Below, one piece after another: positions 13,481 through 24,055 of a stretch of 64,000 nt of DNA. A program made the translations under genes and the position numbers. The stretch lies in NCBI RefSeq assembly GCF_036971445.1, contig NC_091473.1, positions 185,194,001 to 185,258,000 on the forward strand, read 5' to 3'. Within the stretch, counting starts at the first letter, position 1; each line of letters begins with the position of its first letter. The notes beneath the pieces were generated by a model. That model was not told the DNA's origin and did no database searches. It worked only from the letters and a program-made list of their open reading frames with translations. This DNA comes from Narcine bancroftii (Eukaryota).

Positions 13481-13861
13481 AATTATGTTTATTTGCTTTT
13501 AAAATTACATAAAACTCTCATGTATCCGTATTAGCACCTCTATAATTCGAAGATGAACCTGAGATCTCACCTCCAATTCCGTTCTTCGACCTTTATGCAG
13601 CTTCGTGTATCTTTGTTTCCATTTGGTAAATTCGTTGTTCCCAAAGGAACAGACGCACTGAGAACACGTTTTGTCTCACCATTCAGCCTCCCCTCAGCAC
13701 TTTCGGTGAGTGTGGGGTGTGTTGCAGTCCATTACTCTGATCCTCAACCATCCTCGTCCGACGGGATGTCGGAGAAATGACAACGTTTTCGGGCACACAA
13801 ATAAAGTGAAAAGGATCCGGGTTCGCACGGTTGAACTAACTAGTTTTTTGTGCATTTACAG

Positions 13862-14739
13862 TTAATTTAATTGCGATTGTGATTCTGTGGCGGAGGAATT
13901 GTGGTCTGTCACGGTGCATAACTCACTACCTCATCGGAATGGCGATCGCTGATTTAATGTGTGTGGTCACCGGGGTTTTGCTGGAGCAATCTAATAACAT
14001 ATACATTTTTGCTCCGTATTTGCTCTTCACTCCAATCTGCACGCTGACCCTTGTCCTGAGGTTTGTAGCAATGGACTGTTCTGTCTGGTTGACGGTGGCT
14101 TTCACGTTCGATCGCTACGTCGCAATTTGTGGTGTGAGATTTCGGGAACGGTATTGCACCAAGCGAACGGCCACGGTTGTGATGGTAATTGTGACAATAT
14201 GGGGTTGTATGAGGTACGTTCCCTACGCCTTCGCAATAAAACCTTTGGTCCTCATTGACAACTTGCCGTGGCGCTGCGTTACCAAAGCTGAATATTCGAC
14301 CTCATCCTTCTGGAGAATATATACAGTCTTCATCAGCGTCACAACACCTTTAGTGCCAATTGGCCTCATTGTATTGTTCAACGCTTTAACCGTCCGTCAT
14401 GTCGTCGCGGCAAATGAAATACGTCGGGGTATCCGGAAAAGCATTGTGAAGGAGACGGATTTGGAGGCGGTAAACCGCAGAAAGTCAATGAATTTGTTGT
14501 ACTTTCTCTCCGCCAATTTTATTTTGTTGTGGATCCCCTATGTCGTGTTTCAGTCAAAATGGCAAACTCAAAATTATTTTTACACTGACAGATATCTAAA
14601 TAACCCGACGTATATTCTGCAGCAATGTGCATTCATGTTGCAATTTCTCAGTACCTGCACCAACACCTGTATCTACACCTTGTCCCAAAGGAGATTCAGG
14701 GAGGAGCTGAAGATGGTGGTGAAACATCTCTTTACATGA
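13862..14739 (+). CDS. GPR139-like class A GPCR copy 1, coding exon 2 (intact; spliced product 315 aa)
   Basis: Acceptor TTTACAG|TT. The open frame has MAIAD (TM2), DRY, WIP (TM6), NTCIY (NPxxY equivalent), helix 8 RRFREEL and the TM3/ECL2 cysteines. 70+878 nt = 316 codons including the stop. Confidence 0.93.
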
Positions 14740-15217
14740 AGGGGATGGCGTTGTATGTCAATCCTCCATTTAGTGCTCAAATAAATCTTACAATTGATCT
14801 GTAGATTTTGAAGGAATATAAGCCGATGTTGTCATGTGGGACACATACATAAATATTTCAAGCTCATTTAGTCACGTTATTGGACTTAAGTTTGCAACCG
14901 AAGTTCCGTTGGTGTGTATGTATGTATTTTTTATCTCTCTATCTTTTTCGAACCCTCCCTTCCTCCCTTCCTTCTTCAGTCGAACGTGATTGACCATGGG
15001 TACTACGCCATTGGTAGACACTGGAGTGTTGAACAAGGACGACTGTGACNNNNNNNNNNNNNNNNNNNNNNNNNNNNNNNNNNNNNNNNNNNNNNNNNNN
15101 NNNNNNNNNNNNNNNNNNNNNNNNNNNNNNNNNNNNNNNNNNNNNNNNNNNNNNNNNNNNNNNNNNNNNNNNNNNNNNNNNNNNNNNNNNNNNNNNNNNN
15201 NNNNNNNNNNNNNNNNN

Positions 15218-15878
15218 ATCAAACAGCAACCACAAAGAAGCCATATCACACAGGGGTAAAGATTAATAATTATTTAATTAATAAGAAATTCAACTTGAAA
15301 CTTTTATTCAAAATCCCCTCTTTTATATCAATGCCCACTGGGTACTATGCAAATTTTTATAACGGTGTAAAAACTAATAAATATCCCAGCCTAAATATAA
15401 CATATGGTATTAAAGTCTAGGTTATATTTCCAACCAGCCCACAGAAATACATAGACACAAAATAAACACAAAACACACAGGATTCACAAAACTTTCATCT
15501 CAACTGAAGCAAATATCATTTACTAAATTCAGTTTGTTTGGTAAACTGAAGCCGAATGTTCTTTGAGAGAGAGAGCACAACATTCGAAGTTGTCTTGTGT
15601 TGCTTGCAGAGAGAGGAATCGATGATCTGGTCCGGATCCTTCTAGCTGCCTTCGGAACGTTCATTTCCTTATGAAATGCCTCCTTCCACTCCACATCGCA
15701 CAAGTCGTGTTTTATCGTCCAAGTCCAGAAATGTTTAGATCATTTTCTGCACATGCTCAGTCCGTCACCCACACTCTCAACAGTTCATCTTCACCTTGGC
15801 TCTCTCAGGAAAACTGTCAATTTTTAACATAAAACCACACCACACATAGGCCAATACACAACTCAGAATTCTCTATCA
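15218..15878 (-). mobile_element. Probable LTR-like insertion (one end hidden in N run)
   Basis: Absent from the equivalent spacer after copy 3. The remnant at 35551-35579 ends TGTTACA (TGTAACA on the minus strand), a typical LTR terminus. Confidence 0.4.
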
Positions 15879-15892
15879 ATATACATGCATTA

Positions 15893-15896
<4 letters not shown>

Positions 15897-15932
<36 letters not shown>
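15897..15932. repeat. (TA)18 microsatellite
   Basis: Read directly from the sequence. Confidence 0.95.
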
Positions 15933-15934
<2 letters not shown>

Positions 15935-15989
15935 TGCATCAAATCATTACATTGTTGGTATTCGGATCATATGTGTGGGCAATGAGCCA

Positions 15990-16230
15990 TAACATTACAG
16001 CACAGAAACAGGCCGTTCGGCGCTTCTAGACTGTGCTGAATTATTATTCTGCCTAGTCCCACTGAACTGCACACAGTCCATAGCCCTCCATAGCCCTCCC
16101 ATACATGTACCTGTCAAAAGTCTGTCCAAATTTTAAAACGGACTCTTCATTTTCCACTACAGCTGGAAGCTAGTCCCACACTCCCACTAGACTCTGTGTG
16201 AAGAAGTTCCCCCTCATGTTTTTTCTTTCA
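15990..16230 (-). mobile_element. CR1-type LINE 3' fragment, part of each repeat unit (also about 21950-22200, 27480-27700, 35660-35900)
   Basis: ACAGCACAGAAACAGGCC...CCATAGCCCTCC...CTCTGTGTGAAGAAGTTCCCCCTCATG is the reverse complement of a CR1 ORF2 end (FFTQ.VV..W..L) plus its 3' UTR. Confidence 0.7.
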
Positions 16231-16356
16231 CCCTGTCACACGTGTCCTCTGCCCTGAATCTCATATATAGTGAAACTGGGAAAACTAAAGCGGAAAGTGA
16301 GAAACTGCTGTTAAAGAGAGTGATTTCCACAGACTAATGTCATAAATTGAGTATTT

Positions 16357-17653
16357 ATTTTGAAATTTTTATTTAAATGTTTTACAAAATCTTACTTCCC
16401 TCCTTCCCTCCCCCACCGACCTATCCCACCCTCTACAACCATCCCCCACCTCGGTGCATTTTTAAAGAAAAACACAATAATATCATGTTATAACAGGTTG
16501 TTGTACGGTGTGCCATCCATTTACATCTCTCATCACTTATAAAACTTTTACCTAACATTGAAACCCATACATTTCAAATATAAACCCCACATTTTAACAA
16601 AAAAGGTTAATTATTCCGTAAATTATACGTTATATTTCCAAATAAATACATGACTGAGTTTCATTATGCCAACTTTATATACTCAATTCAACATCATTGT
16701 TGCAAGTTTCAACTAAACATCTTCTCGCCCACGCCAATCCTAGGCGTATAAATGCAATTTGGTATATTTGTCGTAATTGTGTTCATATATCCCACTCAAC
16801 ATACCCATGGATCAACATATAAATCTACTTTGAATAAATCTCGCAAAAATGTAATTACTTTTCCCCAAAAAAGGCTTCACCTTTGTATATTCCCACACTG
16901 AATGTAAAAAAGTACCTGTCTGATCACCCCACCGAAAACATAAATCTGACACTCTAAATCCATATTTTTTCAATTTTACAGGAGTAAAATATAACTTATG
17001 AAAAAATATAATTAACTAACTATATTGTCGACTAATTAATTTTGGAACGCTATTCAGGCACATATCTTACCACTTGTCCACAGAGATAGGAATAGATAGG
17101 TCCTTTTCTCATTTATCCTTTATTTTATATATATCTAACTTTTCATCTTTTCCTGTAATAACAAGTACATTTCTGAAATAAATCCCTTTTTACCCTTATC
17201 AACAATTAATCTCTCAATTTTCTTTTGACCAGGTAATATTAACTCTCCACGGTAGCTTTCCAATAACCGATTTCGTACTTAATAATAAGTGAATAAAGTG
17301 TTTTGTAATATACCAAATTTCTCTCTGTCAATTAAACGATAGAAACAAACATACTTCAAAGCAATCCTCCACTAATATTTTTACTTTTGATTCCCAAACT
17401 TTCAAATAAGGATTATTCAAAGAAAATGAAATGGTCTGATTCTGATATATCGGTGTCTGAACTGTAATTTTACCTCTCTATCCTATCAGTTGATTCCAGT
17501 TCTCCCATAGCCCCATCAACTATTTCAACACTGGCAGTTTATACTGTTGTAAAAGCTATGGATTCCATTTATATATAAAATGATGTACAGTTATTTCTTC
17601 TATTTGATCCATCTCCACCTTCGCCCATAGCCGAAGTTCATCAATATCAAACA
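16357..17653 (-). mobile_element. 5'-truncated L1-clade LINE fragment
   Basis: Minus-strand CFRWGDQTGTFLHSVWE (CCHC region) and a T-rich 3' end. Degenerate ~18-bp TSD: GTCATAAATTGAGTATTT (16339-16356) and GTCATAAATGCCGTCTTT (17654-17671). Empty site at 22298-22315. Confidence 0.85.
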
Positions 17654-17671
17654 GTCATAAATGCCGTCTTT

Positions 17672-17870
17672 AACAAGCGTTCAGGCACAATCGCCTCGTC
17701 TCTCCCGTTTCGACGTGTTTGTTGCACGTACCGTGTAGAGTCCACTCCTCCACTCGCTCTACATCCATGACTTGTGACCAGGTGCGATTCAAATGCAAGC
17801 TGCAAATTTGCCGACGACGCCACGGTTGTCTGCAGGATCATAAACAGCGACGAAGAAACCAAGAAGACTA
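17672..17870 (+). mobile_element. Rex1-clade LINE RT fragment (also about 27830-28040 and 37470-37690)
   Basis: PLL.S.YTHD...KFADDATVV.RI.NS.EE motif typical of Rex1/Babar reverse transcriptase. Confidence 0.7.
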
Positions 17871-18689
17871 TGGTGAAAACATACAGAGATGCTGGAGGAA
17901 CCCAGCCGGTCTCGCAGCGACCATTTGTGTTTCTATATATATTGCGAATGTTTCCTGAGACCTTCCTCCAGCATTTATGTGTTTTGGAAAAGGCTCGATG
18001 AACCAGATGTCCCACTCATGCTTTTATTTTCTATGTGTTTGTAATTTCATGAAGGCTGGAACACATTGATAAAATATTGCATGTTCTTTGATCTTGTTTG
18101 GGATAGGGGACGGAAGGTAAGTGGAGACAAACTGCAGTCAACAAGAATAAGCAAATACCCCAAATTGGATGCGGCCCACATTTCACCAAGGAAACTCCTG
18201 ACAAAGGCCTTGGTGGGACTGAAAACAAAGTGCTCAGTATTCGGAATGAGCATCGGTTACTCCACTGTTTGGGCGGGGGACATTAGAGCTGGCGGCCAGT
18301 CAAAGGCACCTGCAGTTACGGTGCAGAGCGGGGTGGACAGCTCCCGACCGCAGAGTTTAAAATGTCCCTCGCAGCAGCTCCTCGAGGATTCGTGGATTGA
18401 ACCAGGTGTAAGTGTAGGAGCAGCGGCGAGGAAATGTCGCCGAAAGCATCTGATGAAGTCGGGAAGTCACTGAGAACTAAACCAGAGGTGGGATTTCTTA
18501 TATAATAGGTGAATAGATATATGAGAAGTTAGGGAAAGTGGACAAGGCGTGAATGCGGTGAGACTTAATGAGAAGTGACGTGAATGTGGATCAGTGACCC
18601 GAGTAAACCACAGATTGGTCAGAATTGTTACAGGGAGCTGAGTTCAAGACATGGGATTTCCCACCAACGTGGGCGAAGCGTCAGTGACA

Positions 18690-18865
18690 CATTGCCCCGG
18701 TAACCGGCCATTTCGGCCCACGATTCCGTGGTGACTAATTAACGTATGTCCCCGCTATTTTGCGAACGGTGGGAGGAAATCAGAGTCCCCGGGGAAAACC
18801 AACGTAAACACGGGAAGAACGTACAAATCCTGACAGACAGCGCGAGTTTCGAATCCTGGTCCCGT
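18690..18865 (-). mobile_element. V-SINE upstream of copy 2 (homologues about 23110-23302, 28840-29022, 38665-38861)
   Basis: GGTGGGAGGAAA..GAGTCCCCGGGGAAAACC...GAACGTACAAA...TTCGAATCC. Confidence 0.75.
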
Positions 18866-19343
18866 TTCGAATCATGAATTCAAGCTCATCTACTCCGCGA
18901 CCCCGTTTTCCGGGACAGGTTATTCACCAAAGCATCTGCTGCTTCGAACTATTGTTCATGCTGTCGTTTACCCAGTGGCCCAGTCCGTAGTAGAAATTAT
19001 GAAAGGTTAGAAATGGCCGGAATCTAAAGGGTTAAACCTGATTGTCGTAATCGAGGATAAAGTTGAACCGAACCAACTTTCTTATTGGTTCCACTGAACG
19101 CTCGCCACACCAGCAGATTTTTTATAATTCCCTTCGAGGAACATTACAAGCATTTCTATTTATTTCCCTGTTGCGCGAATTCAGCTACATGGCTGTAGTC
19201 GGATTAAAAATAAATCTCTCAAATTGTTGTTCAGTCAGTGTTTCTGTCGTGACGAACTCCTGGTCAAGGCGGACTTTACGTGTTTTGTATAAAAGTAGGT
19301 TAAACGCCTCATCGTTACCGCCGATCGCTGCTTCACCAGGATC

Positions 19344-21432
19344 ATGGGCTATCCAGCCATTGGCCATATCGCCAGGATTTACCACCGTGTACATCTCGCG
19401 GTTGGAATCCCTTGTAAGACACTGGTGTTGTCTCGGAGGGGTTCGGTTCTAAGTTGCTTTTGTTCTTGTCCACAACTCGCCTGGACACCCCGCACAGATG
19501 CTGCCTCGCGGGCTGAGACTTTAATCCCCAATAATTCCGTTTCCTCTGCACTTTTATGCATTGTTTGATTTCTCTTAAGTGTGACTGTATTTAATCTGTT
19601 TTGGGGACCTGTTCATTTTTATAATCACATCGGTCAAATCGGTGCCCATATTAAAATCTTTCCCACATTTACTTTCATGCAGTTTCCATCGCATTACTGA
19701 CTCCTTTGTTTATATACAGGAGCTCTTTGATACGATCAATATCAATATTTTAAACGACTTGACAATCTTTACTGCCCAGTTTCCGCCCCACTGAAAGATA
19801 TTGGGCGGCCCGCGACGCGCACCGCCTTTACAATGCTAGCGATAGGGGGACGGGGGTTCGTACCCCGCGCTGTCTGGGCGGGTTTTTCACGGAGACTCCG
19901 GTTGCTTTCCACTGTTCAAACCGAACAGGGATGTAGGTTAATTGCCCATACATTGGGCGGCACGGACTGGAGGACAGAATGAGATGTTAGAGCAAGTATG
20001 TCTAAATATTTTTTTAAAAAATAAATCACTCTTGTATCCGTATAAACGCCCCAGCAATTGGAAGGAGATCCTGAGTTCCCACCTCCAATCGACATTGATG
20101 CAGGTTTGTGTATTTTTGTTTCCATTTGATAAATACCTTCTTCCCAAAGAAACAGACGCTGTCGGAGCACATTTTAGTCTCCCCATTCATACTCCCCAAG
20201 CACTTTCCGTTCCAGTCACACACCTGGTCTCGATGACTGAGGTGATCCGCCCTTCACCGACAAGGAATCCAGAGTCTCCGATCTAAACCGCTCTCAGATC
20301 GAATTCCGGTCCGCGGTTGTCATCCATCGGGGCTTTTGGGTGAAGTGGTGGGGGGTGGTAGGGGAAAAGGGAAAGAGAAAGGGTTGGAGAGGCCGGATCT
20401 GCTGCGTTCCCACTCTATGATGTCATCCATCCTCGTCCGACAGAGGGACGGAGAACTGACAACTCTTTTGGGCACAAATATCAGATGAAAATGATCCGTG
20501 TTGGCGCGGTTGAACTGACAATTATTTTCAATCTTTACAGTTAATTTAATTGCGATTGTGATTGCGATTGCAAATTGCGCAGGAATTGTGGCCTGTCACG
20601 GTGCCTCACTCGCTACCTCGTCGGAATGGCGATGGCTGATTTCATGTGTATAGTAATAGGGGTGTTGCTGGACAAGGTGAATAACGTCTAAATTTATGCT
20701 CCGTATTTGCTCTACACTCCAATCTGCACGCTGACCCTGTCCTGAGGTTTGGATCCATGGACTGTTCCGTCTTGTTGACAGTGGCGTTCACGTTCGATCG
20801 CTAAGTCGCAGTTTGTGGGGTGAGGCCGCGGGAATGTTATTGCACCGACCGAACAGCCACATTTGTGATGGTAATTGTGACATGTGGGGCTGTGTGAGGT
20901 ATATTCCCTTCGCCTTCGCCAGAAAACCTCTGGTCCCCATTGTGCACTTGCCATGGCGCTGCGAGTCCAAAGCTGAATATTCGACCTCATCCTTCTGGAG
21001 AATATACACGGTCTTCATCAGCGTCACCACATCGTTATTGTCAATCGGCCTCATTGTATTGTTTACTGCTTTAAACCGTCCCTCATCTTGTCGCGACAAA
21101 TAAAATAAGTCGGGGTCTCCGAAAAAAAAAATGGGAAGGAGAAGGATCCTGAGGCGGGAAACTGCAGAAAGTAAATGGTTTTGATGTTTTCTCTCTCTCT
21201 CCCCCCGCCAATTTTACTTTGTTTCGATCCACTATATCGTGCTTCACTCAAAATGGCAAACTCATGATTACTTTTACACGGATAGATATCGAAATAACCC
21301 GACATATATTCTGCAGCAATGTTCATACATGTTTCAATTTCTCAGTACATGTACTAACACGTGTATCTACACGTGTCCCAGAGAGGATTCAGGGTGGAGC
21401 TGAATGTTGCAGTGAAATATTTCTTTACATGA
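19344..21432 (+). pseudogene. GPR139-like GPCR copy 2 pseudogene (exons 19344-19413 and 20541-21432)
   Basis: Homologous two-exon structure with a frameshifting replacement at about 20564-20580, TAA at 20689, DRY changed to DR* (TAA 20802) and further indels. Confidence 0.93.
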
Positions 21433-23302
21433 AGGGGATGGCGTTGTATGTGAATCTTCTGTTTACTGCTCAAATAAATCTTCCAAATGATCTACAGATT
21501 TTGAAGGAATATAAACCGTTGTTGCCACCTGTGACTCAGACGTCATTATTCCAACCGCATTTATCACTTTACTGCAGTTAAATTTAGAAACGAAGTTTAA
21601 GTGATGTGTATGTATGTATTTTTCTCTCTCTCTCTCCAGCCCTCCCTCCCTCCCTCAGCCGGTCGTGATTAACCATGGGGACTACGCCGCTGGAAGTCAC
21701 TGGATTATTGAACAAGGGAGAATGTGGCNNNNNNNNNNNNNNNNNNNNNNNNNNNNNNNNNNNNNNNNNNNNNNNNNNNNNNNNNNNNNNNNNNNNNNNN
21801 NNNNNNNNNNNNNNNNNNNNNNNNNNNNNNNNNNNNNNNNNNNNNNNNNNNNNNNNNNNNNNNNNNNNNNNNNNNNNNNNNNNNNNNNNNNTATGTAAGT
21901 ATGCACCAAATCATTGCATTGTTGAAACATACGTGTAGGCAAAGGACCACAACATTACAGCACAGAAAGAGACCCTTCGACCTTTCTAGTATGTGCTGCA
22001 CAATTATTCTGCCTAGTCCCACTGCCATACACCCAGTCTATAGCCCTCCATACACCTCCCATGCATGTACAGGTCTAAAGTCTATCTAACAGTTAAAACT
22101 GACTCAGCATTTTCACTACAACTGGCAGCTCGTTCCCCAATCCCACTACACTTTTTGTGAAGTGGTTCCCTCTCAGTTTGCTTCTTTCACCATTTCACCC
22201 GTTATCTCTGCTCTGAATCTCATATTGTGTGCAGCTGGGAAAACCAAAGCGGGTACTGAGAAACTGCTGTCAAAGAGTGTGATTCCCACAATCTAATGTC
22301 CTAAATCGCGTCTTTACCAAGAGTTTGGGGCACAATCACCTGGTCGCTCATGCTTCGCAGTGTTTGTTGCACCTACAGTGTAGAGCCAACTATCCAGCAT
22401 TTATGTGGTATGGAGCAGGCTCGATGAACCAGATGTCCCACTTATGCTCTTATTTCGTATGTGTGTGTGATTTCATGAAGGCTGGAACACATTGATAAAT
22501 TATTCCACATTACTTGGCCTTGTTTTGGATGGGGAACGGAAGGAAATTGGAGGCAACTTGCATTCAGCAGGAATGACCAAATAACCCAAATTGAGTGCAT
22601 CGCAAATTTCACCAAGGAAACTCCCGACAAAGGTCTTGGCGGGACAGGAGACATCGTGCTCAGGCTTCGGAATGAGCATCAGAGTTTCCCCAATTTGGAC
22701 GGGGGTCATTACACCAGGCGGCCAGTCAAAGGCACCTGCAGATACGGGGCAGAGCGGGGAGGAGAGCGCACCTCCACAGAGTTCCAAATGTCTCTCGCAC
22801 CAGATCCTCGAGGATTCATGGATGGAAGCAGGTGAAAGTGTGGGAGCAGCGGCGAGGAAATATCACCGAAAGCATATGAAGCAGAAGGGGAGTCACTGCG
22901 AACTAAACCAGAGTTGGGATTTGTATGTAACAAGTGAATATATATATAAGAATTAGGGGCAAGTAGACGAGTCGTGAAGTGCGTGAGACTCAGTGAGAAG
23001 TGACGTGAGTGTGGAGCCATCACCCTAGTAACCCACAGATTCGTCAGAATTGTTACATGGAGCTGTGTTCTAGACGGGATTTCCCTCCAACAAGGGCAGA
23101 CCGTCAGTAACATATTTCGTCGTAACCGGCCATTTCGGCCCACGAGTTAGTGTCGCCCAATTAACATACGCCACCGAATATGTTGCCAACTGTGAGAGGA
23201 AACCGGAGACCCCGGGGTAAACCCTCATAGACAAGGAGAGAATGTACGAACCCTAACAGACAACGCGAGATGCGAAACAGTTCCTGAACACTGGCGCTGT
23301 AT

Positions 23303-23530
23303 AAAGTCGCTCCTCTGGTCACCCTATTTGGAATTTATGGGATTAGAAATATTTTAACATTTTTATTATAATTTAAAACATCACACAGTAAATTAACTAA
23401 TTAACTAATATATGATTTTTGTGCTCCGCTTGTGGGGTCTGTGGGATCCCCCGGGAGGGCGTGGGAAGTTCCTTTGTCTTGTTATTTGTTTTTATACATG
23501 TTCTAAAATTATATTTTTTTTAAATCAATT
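23303..23530 (+). mobile_element. Short L1 3'-end stub inserted in the upstream SINE (also about 29022-29270 and 38861-39110)
   Basis: Encodes WSPYLEFMGL (resembles an L1 ORF2 C-terminus). The paralogues have AATAAA and AAGTC(G/A)T-like TSDs. Absent from the copy 1 SINE at about 12240. Confidence 0.6.
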
Positions 23531-24055
23531 CCTGACGCTAACTGTTACAACAACCCAGCCGCCCTTGTTTATCACTCCAGTTTCCTGCCTAAATGGTTTT
23601 GAATTATATTTATTTATCCCTTTGAAATCCATGTTTCTCTTTTCAAGGACGACCAACAAGTTCATCAACTCCGTGTACCCGTTTCCCGGGAATGGTTATT
23701 CACCAAAGGTTAGAAATGGGCGGAATCCAAAGTGTTATATCTGATTCTCGAAATCTTGAACAGAACCAGCTTTCTTATTTGTGCCACTGAACGCAGCCAC
23801 ACAAGTAACATTTTCATAATTTCCTTCGAAAAATTTGACAAACATGACTATTTCATAATTACTATTCATGCTCTCCCCTGACGGGCCAAATCAGTTACAC
23901 GGTGGCACTCGGATTAAAAATAACTCTCTCAAATTGTTTGCTATGTGGGTTGTTTCTGGCGTTACCGACTCCATTTCTCAGCGGACTGTGATTCTCTTGT
24001 CCAAGAGTGGGTTAAAGGCCACAGCGGTACCGCCGATCGCTGCTTCACAAGGATC

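Noticed and set aside
12816-14739. Calling the receptors GPR139 orthologues
   Set aside because: Only family-level similarity; pocket residues and termini differ and the genes are multicopy, so no gene symbol is assigned.
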